DNA of 64,000 bases from NCBI GenBank assembly GCA_964016885.1, contig OZ024742.1, positions 354,454,001-354,518,000 on the forward strand. The letters run 5' to 3'. The notes under the pieces were generated by a model, which was not told where the DNA came from, searched no databases, and was given only the letters and a program-made list of their open reading frames with translations. The DNA is from Eledone cirrhosa (taxonomy: Eukaryota). Of this stretch, positions 1-14,816 are shown in pieces; within the stretch, counting starts at the first letter, position 1, and every line of letters starts with the position of its first letter. The translations under genes and the position numbers were made by a program.

Positions 1-47
<47 letters not shown>

Positions 48-52
<5 letters not shown>

Positions 53-61
53 AGATCATAT

Positions 62-101
<40 letters not shown>

Positions 102-893
102 AGATCAAAAGATGGTTAAAGGAGTTCAATATACTTTATTATGCGCATTTCAAAAACAAACATCATCAAACAATAATATTTGTGTTTTCATCAGATAAAA
201 GAGGAGAACATGATATGAAGGCTAAAAAAAACACTTGTTGATAGTGCAGTTTTAAATCAACATATGAAAAGTGGTTTTAGATTGATGTGTGATATTGGGA
301 AAAATATTTTATTTAGAGAGGGGGGGGGGAGAGAAAAGGATGAAAAGGGAAGGAGATGAGAGGGAGAGATGGGTGATAGAGAGAAAGAGATAGTTTTTAT
401 AACTGAGAGGAGATATATTTTATATAGAGGGGTTGAAAACCGTTGGAAGATACTGTATAAATTAAAAATTTTGAAAATTAACGAAGGGAGGATATGTGCG
501 AGGAAAAAATATATTATATTTAGGGAGGGGGGGTTGGAAAGGATGAAAAAAAGGGGAGGAGATGAGAGTGAAGGTGGAAAGGGAGAGATGGGTGATAGAG
601 AGAAAGAGATAGTTTTTATAACTGAGAAAAAGATATAATGTTTTAATATAGAGAGGTTGGGAACCGTTGGAAGATAATGTATAAATTAAAGGAATTTGAA
701 AATTAACGAAGGGAAATTATGTATGAAGATAGAGAGAAAAAAATAATAATTGTGGGTGAATATTCTAACGTCAAAAGAAGAAATGTAGGAATCTTAAAAT
801 TAGCAAAGAGAAAAAGTTTATGTGTAGAAGGATTTGATATCTTATCCGATATCTGCATTGCTTTATTGTACTACAATAAAACTCACCTCCTAC

Positions 894-895
<2 letters not shown>
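48..895 (-). mobile_element. PLE pseudo-LTR/3'UTR-like fragment between (TA)n tracts; outer part is the same family as the 42408-42752 palindrome
   Basis: 97-270 matches 42408-42580. It carries an HHR, a purine-rich ~219-bp internal direct duplication (362 vs 581), and 835-895 recurs at 42785-42845. Confidence 0.6.
135..199 (-). ncRNA. Type I hammerhead ribozyme (intact core)
   Basis: Minus strand reads tttat CTGATGA [long stem II aaacacaaatattattg..tgatgatgtttgtttt] t GAAA tgcgca T A ataaa. Stem III is the palindrome ATGCGCAT and the triplet is AUA. Confidence 0.75.
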
Positions 896-1305
<410 letters not shown>

Positions 1306-2593
1306 GGGTCTGTGGGTTTGCGCGCACCCATACTTGTACGAAGATGCGTGTGAGTATAATTTGACGTGAAATGTATGTCACCTTGTTAAATTGTTTGATA
1401 CTTTTTCTGTGTGGTAGCACACTTTTGCTTGTATTGGCTATGGTACAGTTTGTTGTAATGCTGATAACAATATCATGCAAACTATAAGAAGATTAAACAG
1501 AAATTATTCTATGTTGGAGCGGTTGATTGAAGCATATTTTGATATCAGTTAGATATATTTGATGATATTTCAGTATAACTTTTTTTTTCAGAATTCAGAT
1601 TTTAAAAAATATATTTGATATTGTTTCAATTCATTTTTTACATTTCTTTTGTCATTTTATTCCCAAGTGAAATGTGTGTGTTGTAAATATACCTGTTCAA
1701 ACATTTCATTCATTACATTAGAAAAATCTGATCCAAAGTTCAATAGGAAACAACGAAATAATAAAAATTATAGGAATAAATTATATGTTTCCCTCGCTTT
1801 TGCTGCAGAATATTTAAATTGTATATTAAAGTTGAAATGAAAAGGTAAGTTTGAAGAGAAAACAATAAGAAATTACAAGTGTAAGAGCAATGAAATGAAT
1901 TTGAATGAGAGAGGTATGTGAAAAATGTACATAGTATATAAATTATGCCTTTTAAATTTAATAATTTTATATTGAAAAAATATAATTTCATTCTTTGCAC
2001 ATCAGCGACATATTTTCGGAAGCAAATTTGTAATAAAATTTGCTTCAGTAGATTATTATATAGCAATGGATTATTATGTTGAATTGGGGGAAAAATTGTA
2101 TGTTTTATTCTGAAACAAAATGAATTTAGAATCAATTTTGCTCCTACATTTTTCTATGTTGTTATTTATGAAATATATGCTGCATATTAAATTCCTGAAT
2201 ATGTATATAATAGATATTTAAGCCTTGAATATTTCATATTTCTGTATTTTAATATATATACTCATACATTTGGATTCCTGTTCAATTCTTGGTTGTTATA
2301 AATACAATGATTCGTTTCAATTATTGAATGCGGATATTTTCCAACTCCCATTAACATACTCGAGAATTTGAATCGTTAGATTATTCTAGACCCAACAAAA
2401 CATTGGGCTAATTAGGGTATTCATGCTAAGAATAATTCTGTAATAGATATCCTTGCAGATAATTAAATATCATATTCTCATATAATTTTGTTGTATCTAC
2501 TGGTAATGCTGATCTTATGAGGGTATTTCATTTGTACTGTTACCTCCACTGCTCTTATCTTCATGTCTTCCACAAAACATAATAATAATAATA

Positions 2594-2970
2594 ATTGTTT
2601 CTACTTTTGGAACAAGGCCAGCAATTATCCCAGTGTATTACTGGCACTTTATTTTATCAGCCCCGTAAGGATGAAAGGCAATGATAACCTCGTCGGGATT
2701 TGAAGTCAGACCATAATTGATTTGCTGCTAAGAATAGCGTCCGACCCTCTACCGATACTGCCAATCCACCACCCTTCTAATAATTGTTTCTACTTTAGGC
2801 ACAAGGCCAGAAAATACCCAGTTCATTACTGGTACTTTATTTTATCGTCCCCGTAAGGATGAAAGGCAAAGTCAACCTCGGCGGGATTTGAACTCAGATC
2901 GTAAATGGACGTAACTATACTGGAAAGCATGGCGTCCGACCCTCTACCGATACTGCCAATCCACCGCCCC
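2594..2970 (-). mobile_element. Tandem dimer of a tRNA-derived SINE with a Meta-like central domain
   Basis: Two copies (2594-2774, 2783-2970). The second copy has A box TGGCAGTATCGG, B box GAGTTCAAATCC and the domain gcctttcatccttacgggg.cgataaaataaagtaccag; the first is more diverged. Confidence 0.85.
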
Positions 2971-3069
2971 TTCTAATAATAAACATAAGCATATGTTATT
3001 ATACACACATGCAAACGCAACTATACATAATGACACACACATATACACACACATACACACACACACGCA

Positions 3070-3136
<67 letters not shown>

Positions 3137-3829
3137 TGATAGTCTGTGATACTGGAACGAGAAGACAACAAATGAAAGACGTCCATGATACATGATGAAA
3201 TATGTAGGGAATCTAACTCGAGCTCGGGTTTTCATTTAGTTACTGAGACGCGCTTGCACACATTGTGTACACGACCCTTTATAGAAATACCACGTCAGAG
3301 GGACACGTTATGATGTTAGTTTGTCTGATAAAGATTACAGATAAAGCTACTTTATGGTGAGCTGAGCGAGGTCATGCGTTCAGTTGGTGAACGGAAGACT
3401 ATCCTAAATTATCTTTCAACATCTCAATATCAATCGCTATAGATTAGAATCAATATAGTAGATCACTCAAACACGTGAAAGAAAATTTTGAGGTAGCATA
3501 TGAAAAGAATTTTAATATATATCGATATGCCAAATATTGGAGTTTAACAAAGTTTAACAAAGGTTAATTATGTAAGTATGTGTCTCGACGCTGATACATA
3601 TGGGAGCATAGTGTATTGAATTCAAATCACATAGCACCATAATGATTTGTTTAAAATATATAATTGAAAAAATGTGTGAACAATTCTGAGAGGGAATAAT
3701 ATTTCATGTAAAGAAGCCGTTTTAAAGGAATATTTCTCTTTGTAATATTGTTGGCCATATAATCTGTGTGTGACAGCTCACACCTATGCAGGTTTAGAGG
3801 CCTCCTCCAAGGTATATCTCGTTGGAGGT

Positions 3830-4006
3830 GTTTTGGGGGATTTAATGATAGGGATCCCAGTTCTATCATTTCATTTCTACAGCTGAGTAAACTGGAGAAA
3901 CGTGAAATAAAGTGTCTTGCTCAAAGTAACAACACCCCACCCGGTCCGAGAGATGAACTCATAATCTTTCAATTGCAAGTACAATGCTCTAAACACTAAG
4001 CCACGC
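3830..4006 (-). mobile_element. Second tRNA-derived SINE family (CORE-like domain), degenerate
   Basis: aaagtgtcttgctcaaagtaacaac CORE-like motif and a tRNA-like head (cgcgtggcttagtgtttagagcatt on minus). Confidence 0.6.
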
Positions 4007-6439
4007 GGCGCCTTCACAAAAAAATAATAATATGTAGCCTCCTTCAATATAACGTTGCTGTTTGTTCTTATAGGCTACACATGATCCTTTAACACTTTCA
4101 TTTCACAGAAACACGTGGTACGTTAATTAGGGTGACATCAGCAATTGTTGCATTATAACAAGAACAAAATATGTATATATACATGGACACATATTTGTGT
4201 ATGTATACTTGTCTTACTTTGCGTGTTTGAGTGCTTGTGTGATTGTGTGTTACACAAATTATTATAAATGAAAACCTTCTTTACGATAAGAAAAGTGTAT
4301 TTTGTTCGCTTTCAATTGTCTTACCTGCACATTTCTCGTATTAGTTACTAGATACATTTTACCTTGACTCTTCCTACTCCTTAAACGAGTATACATCCAG
4401 AAATTTAATGTTCGACAGTTAATCATTATGATGTTGCCTCTTATGACAATTATATAATTCAAATTAAGTAATTTAATCTGAAGTCGGTTTTTATTTGTCT
4501 AAAGTCTAATGTTATTTCATGAATAAATGATCTCATTTACTGTTTATATATATGATAAGTCCACTGATAATGTAATGGTAATTAGAAATATACGATGGTG
4601 TTTCAAATCATATTTTATCTTAGTCTTATTCTCTGTCTGCCTTTTATATATAATTACAAAATATTTTAGGTATTTTCCTTAAACTGGTGGCTGGAGTTTA
4701 GTAATAATAGTTAACACATTAGTATAATAATATCTACACTGACTGATAAAATGACAAGTCAGTTCATCATATTGGTGGCCTCGCCCACAGCTCCGTCGAC
4801 AAAATGGAGAACGTATTTTCCTTTGTGTTTGATTTTAACATCTGTTTAACAGTTTCGATATATATAGTTTTATACAGAACGAGGATGCCGAATCGAATCT
4901 AAGCTGCAGAATGTTCTTACTTTATTCCGTATGATATATATACTACTCACAGTAAATATATGTGTATTAGAGATTCAATTTATTTTCTCATTTCCAACAG
5001 CATTATAGATTCATTTCATAATATTCTATACGCGGTTACATTTTCCGCTTTAATCAAACATGTTAACAAATGACCTAACATTTCATTGACATTTCATCTA
5101 CATCTATATTACTAGTACGTTATGCACCTAATACCTAGCACCCATTGCATTTAGAAAACTAAGTGAGTTAAATAAAGTAAAATTTCCTAAACTATAGTAC
5201 ATAAATCTGTAAACATTTCACATGTCTTCTCGTACTAAATTAAAGGAAATATTTCCAAGCGGAAATACCTGCCGCTTTCATATTGAATGAAATCGATAAT
5301 GAAAAGTGTCTTATCAAACAAAAATCTTTCATTTCTTCAGATTTCAATATTATCTTTTTAAGTGTTTGTTATTAGAAATGATAAATAATAAAATTTATGT
5401 TTCTTTTAGTTAAGAAATCTACACCTCCAAATATTCAATTTTGCTTTTATTTCAAAGGAACTTTTTAAAGATTTTCTTATAAATATTTCAACAGAATTCA
5501 AACGTAGACTGGATTTCAAATAACATTAGCATTACATTTATATACATACTGTTGTATCTTACATTACTTCCTCACAATATACAGTAGATCCAACTACCAA
5601 CATTTCAAATGGTGATGTATGAATGGCTGTCAAATGATTACAGCACAAATGTAAGTTCCTTTATCCATTTGTTAAAAGTGTAGTTGATATGAAGCTCTCC
5701 TTTAATCGTTCATAAATTTCATCAGTAATCTTTTGTTCGCAATCCAATGTATGGTCATCGTCACCGCCATCATTGCTACCGATACAACAAACAGTGTCAT
5801 TTTCATCACACAATATTTCATAATCAATTTCACCATCAACATCATGAAAATCTATGATAATAGGGATGGAATGATAGCGGTAAAATAGGATCCCTCCGTA
5901 TATATTAGTTTTGATTGATCTCACTACACCCTCTCAGAAATCAAATCAGATATCATGAAACGATTCGCTATCTTTATTCAGTCATCCCTGCCTGAAGCAT
6001 GTGTCAATTAATTTATGAACCAGCTACATTGCCATCTAGCTGACACTAAACGATTTTCGTATTACTTAATATTTTACTTACATTGATGCATACTCATAGT
6101 CATTTCTTCACTAAAAGGAATTCTAGATATATTGATCATGTTTTATAGCCATGCATAATCTGATATGCTATGCATGACACTTAATGCTTACATCCTGTAT
6201 AGATGGATAGAAACGTTAATCTATTTCCGGTGGTTTAGCCCTAGGTTACTCTTGGTCGTTTGAAATTAAACCAAGGCTTTCTAGCAAGGAACAACATTGT
6301 TTCGAATATACTTTACTAAGGACTGAATGTTCCTAAAGTATTATTCTGTGTTTTCAAGATAGTTGCATTTGATATGGAAGTTTGTCGAGTGTTTGGTTCC
6401 ACTTGTCGTATTACTAAATCCCATCTAGACCAATCTATG

Positions 6440-7440
6440 AAGAACAGAACTTCAGCAACTCAGAACCAAAAACCCTTCATAATTCGACATCAGATATCAT
6501 TTCATCTGTCTTAGCTAGCAAGATATCTCATGCCATCAAAAATATGAAGTGAGGAAAAAGCGCTGGATTTGACAACATATACTCAGAATTCATCAAATCT
6601 GGAGTTTAAACAATTATCAAAGCAATTCAACATCTTTTTAACTGTATTATCAGGAAAATGCCCAGATATGTTCAAGAAATTATTAATAGTTGAACTCTAC
6701 AACAAATGTAGCAGACGTGACTGTTGTAACTATCGTCCTATCAGCTTATTGAATCACGTTTACAAGCTTTTCATGATTATCATTGCAGCACGAGTGACGT
6801 CAGACCTTAACGCCTCATTTCATGAAACACAATATGTGTATCAACCTGGAAGAGACACCATTGAGCCGACCTAATATCCAACGCACAATCTACACCCAGC
6901 AAATTGCTCCAGTTACGGTGTTTGTATATCTCGGTCACAAACTATCATCAAAAAACAATAATATGGTTGCTGCGCAGTTAGATCTGGCAACTTTCAACAA
7001 AAACAAGGAAGTACTAACATCAAAACGAGTTTCCCATCATGGACAGCAACGTATCTTCAATGTCCCTTCAAAAGCGCTCTGTATTCCAGAACTTCATCCT
7101 GAGACTTATAATTTTCAAGCGGTTGAGCAGCCGTATCTGTATCAGTGAGCTGCTTAACATTACCAAACCTAGACCAATTACATCAATTGTCAAGTCAAGA
7201 GTACTCAAACTATACGGTCATATAAACAGATCAACTAGCGCTGTGAGTAGGTTATGCCTGGAAGGAAGGTTGACTGGTAAGAGAAGCAAAGACCGGCAGC
7301 CAAAACGCTGGCTTGATAATGTCAAACTATTGACTGGACTTGATATTTTCACTTTAAATTCTGCTGTTGGTGATCGAACTTTGTGGAGAGAGATATCACA
7401 TGTGAACGCGCAGTCTGCCACTGGTGGAGTTTAGTGTCAA
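6440..7440 (+). mobile_element. Internally deleted RTE-type LINE ORF remnant
   Basis: NYRPISLLNHVYKLFM (pre-RT motif), FVYLGHKLS, and the C-terminal LKLYGHINR..EGRLTGKRSKDRQPKRWLDNVK typical of the RTE clade; frameshifted. Confidence 0.8.
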
Positions 7441-7982
7441 ATGTTCTTACACCATTGAATCCTGAAACACTTATACTTGTTACGCGATGAAATAGTTTTC
7501 TAAATATAATAACTTAACTAATAATATAAACATTTTTATCGATGGACAACGCATCCGTAAATCATTAGTTCGCCACACAATTTTCTCTGTATTTCTGTAC
7601 ACATTTATTGATATAAAAGCTGACAATTTCCATTTGTGTTCAAAGTACAAAGCTATTCCATTCATATATCTGTGATGTTTGCAATACAAATATAATGCTA
7701 GAAGAAGGATAGATTGTAAATGGCGTAGGCATCGTGATACACACCAACAGAAATATGCACACATGACCACTCACTGAAACACACGGACACGTGTATTACA
7801 ATTATATATATACATATATTAGAATTGGCGCGCTGAAATAGCGATATATATATGAATGTATATATAGTGTATTTTGCAATACACTGTATGCTTAATTAAA
7901 AGCATTTAGAAGACCTTATGCTATTGTTTTAGAGTAGTGACAGTCTCACTTACTTTACATGTTCAGCAAACAGGGGAGCTAA

Positions 7983-8027
7983 AACTGACAGAGCTATGTT
8001 TCGTACTGATTGGTACTTATCAAAGCC
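7983..8027 (-). ncRNA. Type I hammerhead, U3-A8 core variant
   Basis: ggct TTGATAA gtac caatca gtac GAAA ca tagctc tg T C agtt; GUC triplet. Confidence 0.7.
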
Positions 8028-9082
8028 AAGTACTCCACCTGTTTGATGAAAATCATGAATATTTGATTCCCATAGAATTTCTAATAATAATCAGGAACTG
8101 ATTATACAGAGCGGTTGCCGGTCAAGCAGAAATTGAAAATTAGAATTGGCGCTCTGAAATAGCGATATATATATATTAATGTATATATAGTGTATTTTGC
8201 AATACACTGTATGCTTAATTAAAAGCATTTCGAAGACGTTATAATGTATATACATTCATATATATATATGCACTATATATACATTCGTACATATATCGCT
8301 ATTTAAGAGCGCCAATTCTAATTTTCAATTTCTGCTTGACCGGCAACCGCTCTCTATAATCAGTTCCTGATTATTATTAGAAATTCTATAAGAATCAAAC
8401 ATTCATGATTTTCAGCAGACAGGTGGAGTACTTGGCTTGGATAATAACCAATCAGTACTAAACATAGCTCAGTCAACTTCATCTCCCCTGTTTGCTGAAA
8501 ATGTAAAGTAAGTGAGGCTGTCACTACTCTAAAACAATAGCATAAGGTCTTCGAAATGCTTTTAATTAAGCATACAGTGTATTGCAAAATACACTATATA
8601 TATATATTCATATATATATATATCGCTATTTCAGAGCGCCAATTCTAATTTTCAATTTCTGCTTGACCGGCAACCGCTCTGTATAATCAGTTCCTGATTA
8701 TTATTAGAAATGTTATATGAATCAAACATTCATGATTTTCAGGAAACAGGTGGAGTACTTGGCTTTGATAAGTACCAATCAGTACGAGACATAGATCTGT
8801 CAGCTTTATCTCCCCTGTTTGCTGAAAATTTAATGTAAGTGAAACTGTCACTACTCTAGAACAATAGCATAAGGTCTTCGAAATGCTTTTAATTAAGCAT
8901 AAGGTGTATTGCAAATACACTATATATACATTCATATATATATATCGCTATTTCAGGGACCCAATTCTAATTATTAATTTCTGCTTGCCCGGCAACAGCT
9001 CTGTATAATCAGTTCCTGATTATTATTAGAAATTCTATAAGAATAAAACATTCATGATTTTCAGCAAACAGGTGTAGTACTT

Positions 9083-9127
9083 GGCTTTGATAAGTACCAA
9101 TAAGTACGAAACATAGTTCTGTCAGCT
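9083..9127 (+). ncRNA. Type I hammerhead, U3-A8 core variant
   Basis: ggct TTGATAA gtac caataa gtac GAAA ca tagttc tg T C agct; predicted cleavage after C9123. Confidence 0.72.
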
Positions 9128-9248
9128 TTATCTCCCCTGTTTGCTGAAAATTTAAAGTAAGTGAGACTGTCACTACTCTAAAACAATAGCATATGGTCTT
9201 CCAAATGCTTTTAATTAAGCATACTGTTTATTGCACAATACACACACA

Positions 9249-9281
<33 letters not shown>

Positions 9282-9287
<6 letters not shown>

Positions 9288-9580
9288 TAAAGGAATTCCA
9301 ACCTGGTCTGATTTACTCGTTTTATTTACAATCCTTTAAAATTTATAATGGTATTATAATGAAATAGTATGATAGAATATTAAATGTTAAGTGTTAATTG
9401 AACAAGTACTTCATGCTTTCGCAATCTTCAGGTTCATAATGTGTGGTGACAGTCAAGTTTGCAATTAACACTTAACATTTAATATTCTATCATACTATTT
9501 CATTATAATACCATTATAAATTTTAAAGGATTGTAAATAAAACGAGTAAATCAGACAAAGTTGGAATTCCTCTTATTAAT
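9282..9580. mobile_element. Palindromic pLTR-derived element (family of 21850-22242), asymmetric
   Basis: Arms ttaataaaaggaattccaac.. / ..gttggaattcctcttattaa; degenerate HHR at 9400-9435 (minus). Confidence 0.75.
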
Positions 9581-9620
9581 ATAATTTTCTATACACAATC
9601 ATACACACCCGTGTATATTT

Positions 9621-9915
<295 letters not shown>

Positions 9916-11690
9916 GTAATCGAAACGAGATTTCAAATGTTTTGTCATACGAGTGTTATCCATATTTCAATGACAATCTCTTCTCGAACAATGAATAATA
10001 ATGTTTACGGCTACTATGTATTGATTTGTGTCAATGTTGCACTTTAGTAAAGCTGCATATACAACATCTATTAAGGTGTATCTTTATAGATTACGTACAC
10101 GAATGTCAAATTCAACTAATAGTAAGCAAAACTGCTTTCTCATACGTTAACGGCTTCTTTTCATGGAAGAATAATTAAACGTGTTCAAGTTTATATAAAT
10201 TATATGCTATCAAATGTAGGAATAACGAAGCACTATCTCCTCTTTGAATTGTCGGGTCTAACGGACTTGTAACTGTAACTGAATTAATATTATGTCGTGT
10301 AATAATAAAAAAAAAAATAGCCTGACAATCAATAACATATTCTTCATAATTGGATAAACACTTGAAAATAACGACCCCAAATAATCGCAAGATGGCGACT
10401 GAATTTAACAAAAAGTATATAGTAAATATACATAACTTTGGTGTTTATTATTCTCGTGAATGTTGCACCTTATATAAATGAATGACAACTGAAAGTCTTT
10501 CATTTTGATCTCGATTTGTCGTATATGGTTTCACTTGAACCGACTGCTCTTACAGTTTGACCTAACACCTTTACATGTAATCATTTTCACATCATTAATA
10601 ACTTACTTAATATGGAAATCTCATATTGGTTTCAAAGATAGTTGTATATATTGTATTTTTAATAGGCTACTCAATGGAAAACAAATGACTGGTGTAGTAT
10701 GAATGTCTGGTATATTTACAAATCTGTCAGAAATAAAAAAAAGGTAAACCACATGGTTTTACACATTCATTTCCTTTCCGTTTTTGTTCCTGTTTTCTTT
10801 TCTTTTTTATCTGTAATTAATGCTTCATGTGAAACAATAAAAAATGTTTATCTAGAGATAATTACTTAGAAACTACTTGCATTATTATACGAGAAAAAAA
10901 CATGATAATAGTAATCGTTTAGACCATACATACAAATCTATAAATAATGGCATCTCACAAAACTTAAATATTTACTTAGCTCTTTACGTAGTTGGGATGT
11001 GCTCTGAATTGACCATCAACGTGCATTTATAATGAAGCTATGCTCAAATCAACTGATATTCAGTCATGCAATATTTTACTGGGAGATATTATTAAAAATA
11101 AAAGAATCGTCTTTAGCTTGTTTCTGTAGTGACCATTATGTCCAGATGAGAAACCATCGCAATCTTGATAAAAAGAAAGGAATAATATGTTATGATATTT
11201 AAATTGCAATACATAATCATTTTATGTCTAAAGAAGAATAGGCTTATATCTTTATAACCTTAAGGAATCTCTAACCATTTAGCACCAGACATCTGACAAT
11301 AACTAGACCGAGCTAGTAGAGATTTTATTCTACTCTAGTCATGTATTGTGTTCTGCGGAGTTAATTGTCACACACAACGATTTGTAACTATAATTGTGTG
11401 ACTGCATTCAACTTACTTTTTCTTTGCTTTTAATTTTGTTTTTACGAAGAAAATTTGAGTTTCCTTCCTAGCATATAACTCAAGTGAGGTAATGTAGGAT
11501 AATTTATTTCCCCTAAAAATGTTTTGAAACCGGTACAACTAATTTCATTTATCAATCTCTCTGTATAATGTTAGAATTTCTGCACACAATATTCTAAATT
11601 GTGAAGATGAAACTTGCTTCAATGATGCGGCTTCAACTCCAAACGATGACTCTTTTCTCCCATCATTGTAATATCCTCATGAAAGTAATT

Positions 11691-11874
11691 CATTGTTTCT
11701 ACTTTAGGCACAAGGCCAGCAATTACCCAGTGTATTACTTGTACTTTATTTTATCGACCCCGTAAGGATGAAAGGCGAAGTCAACCTCGGCGGGATATGA
11801 ACTCAGATCGTAAAGGGTCGTAACTATGCTGGAAAGCATGGCGTCCGACCCTCTACTGATACTGCCAATCCACC
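11691..11874 (-). mobile_element. tRNA/Meta-like SINE with target-site duplication
   Basis: Same family as 2594-2970. TSD cctcatgaaagtaatt at 11675-11690 and 11873-11888. Confidence 0.9.
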
Positions 11875-14597
11875 TCATGAAAGTAATTAATGCCATGTAA
11901 TAGTATTCCAATTAAAAATAATATGTAATCGTTTGTCTTGGAAATATATCAATGCTATTGTATTTTCTATAAAAAAATTCAACTGAAGCAAACACTTTGA
12001 ACTTTTTTGTCATTTATCATTTAAAAAGATTATAACAATAATTTACACTACTAACTTCAAATATGGTGAAAATGTTTGCCACTTGAAAGATAGACAGATT
12101 GGTGTGACTGTGGCACATACAAATAAGGAACCGGGTAACAGACCATTTGGAGAACAAGAAAAGAAGCAATTGACAATTAAGTAGAGTTTGGAAAGTTACC
12201 GTCCTACTGGGTCCCAATTTAATAAGACGTACTGAAATATCTTAAAGCTAAGATTGATTCATCAGGGGAATCACATTTATGTCACACTATATAAACAAAA
12301 GTTATTGGTAATTTGGAAGTGGAATGCGAGGGGAGGGACTTCATGTGATATGTTGAGTGAGGGAGTGAGGAAATATGCATATGAAATGGAAGTGAAGTAA
12401 ATAAGAGACGGAGTGTAGGTATAGTGTACATTCAGACATTGGCTGGGGTATATTTATGTGGGGTTCTTGTGAAATTGGCCGACTTCATGGAAACACGTAA
12501 TGTAGGGGATATGAGGTAGATTGTTATACCAGTAATAACACACACCTACCATCTACCACTTACACACTAGCCATCTCTGTCGTGCACACATCATCCATCA
12601 ACCACACACACATCTTGGTTTGTTGGTACCAAACGATATAAATGCCTAGTTCTCATAAAGCACAGGCACGTACATTTTTCCAACGTTTTCACTGCTCTCC
12701 TCATCACACTCACAGTAATATATATAATATACCATAGATCCTATATACTTCTATCACTAAATCTATCCAGGACCTCCTCGCTTAATGCACGTCGCTTCAT
12801 TCCATGTAAACCACTTCTTTTCACCCTTTCACCTGTTTTCTTAACTATTAAAACATACCTTGATGTTTATATAACATTTTCTAAGTACTTCCATCTCATT
12901 TTATTTTCCACTAAAGACCGCATTCCAAACTATTGATTTCAACATAATTATACATCTTTACTACTTTTCAAAGATTAGTTTTCACAATACTCTTTCGAAT
13001 TCCAGCTTAGTATTATCTCTAAAAGTATAAAACAAAACACAAGAAGTGAAATCATATTTTCAAACATATTCCTATTTGATACCAGAAATCTGATCATAAT
13101 TAAAATTACTGTTAAACACCTGGATTTACTAATTAATCACTCTGCTGTAGGCTATGTAAGAAGCTTAAGAAACAAAAAGATCATTGAAATTGTTTATGAA
13201 ATTTCTCTTCAAATTATTACACTGATGAATTTTAAAAAAGATGGACAAGATTACATTACGTCATGCTTTAAGTCCATTCATTTGTTCTAAAATATTTTCT
13301 TGAAATTAATTCAATTAATTTTAAAACTGAAAAATTAGCTGATAAAAATGTTTTAAACTTCTTTCTGCTTAATGATTTTAATACTTTTTTTTTCTTACAT
13401 TTTATATTTGATGATGGCAGTACCTGTGTGATGGTGTTTTTAAAAGTGATGTTGCGACATTGGTTATTGGTGGGGCACTGGGAATGTGGTATTAGTAGTG
13501 GTAAATATGCTATTGTGCCACATGTGATGCGTAGCAGTATTAGCAAAGGGGGTAAGATTAATATTACTTGGAGTGAATGCTCACGTCTACACACACACAC
13601 AAAACACACCTGTACGTTCTCTATTTCAGGCTGATATTAAAATATATTCCTAAATTCCTGCATTCACATGGTCAAATAGAAAGACAATCATAGCGTAATT
13701 CCTTTACTACAGAGTATTGTTTATATTTTACTTAATAACACTTAATATTTTCCAGTCCTATCTAGTTTTTGACAATACACCATAAGAGTACATTTCAAAT
13801 ATTTATTGTTGTAAATTTGAAAGTTAATTCATGATTCACGACACACATGTTAATGAAATGTGGCTCACGTGTTATAAAAGTCTCATAGGCCTGATGATTC
13901 ATATTTTGGTCTCTCTCCTGACATATATATATATATAAATGTGTTTATGTGTGTGTGTGTGTGGGGGGGGGGGTATGCGTGTGTGTGTGTTTGCGTGTGT
14001 CAGTATCACTCTTCATTATGCTGAATTCTCAGTTAAGAAAACACGTTATAATAAGTGACATCTGAAAGAAATTAAAGTACAGAGAATCTAACGTGGTTTC
14101 CAGTTCTGTCTTTATTCAGTGATGATTCTGACAGGTTTAGTGCGAAAATATATTAAATGGGTGTGCTCATTCCTTAGCAAGCATAATCATAGTATTTAAT
14201 TTGTTCCATAAATTAAGTTCTAGAAGATTGGGAGATGATTATATACTCTTTTGACAGTAAAATATTACATTAGATGTAACTCCGTCTCTGTATACATATG
14301 CCAGTGTTCCATCAAACAATGAACCGTGAAATCTTATAGTTGATCGCATCACGTGATTTTTTTTCATTTTCCTGTTGTTTATTTTGAAAGTGATTATGTA
14401 TATTTTTGAATCAAATGATAATGAAACAATAAATTTAAAACTTAACCACTTAATTAAATATTTAAACTTAAATGCACAAACACAACTATACACATCGTCC
14501 TATATGTACACATATGCATATATATACATATACATACATATATATATATATACATATCTATATGTGTGTGTATATACATATATATATATATATATAC

Positions 14598-14669
<72 letters not shown>

Positions 14670-14755
14670 ACACACACACACATACACACACACACATATA
14701 TATATATATACGTCTAAATCTATATATTTATATAATAATACATAATTGCGAAAGC

Positions 14756-14816
<61 letters not shown>

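Larger units (their letters stand above)
7820..9252. repeat. ~322-327-bp HHR-containing tandem array (retrozyme-like): 1.3 units followed by 3 inverted units
   Basis: Unit start tagaattggcgc at 7820 and ~8141. Inverted-arm HHR positions are 8434, 8761 and 9083. Confidence 0.85.

Noticed and set aside
2594-2970. tRNA genes
   Set aside because: The A/B boxes belong to SINE heads, no cloverleaf forms, and multiple dispersed copies have TSDs.
5661-5924. Acidic 87-aa ORF
   Set aside because: Derived from degenerate (CAT)n-like low-complexity sequence.
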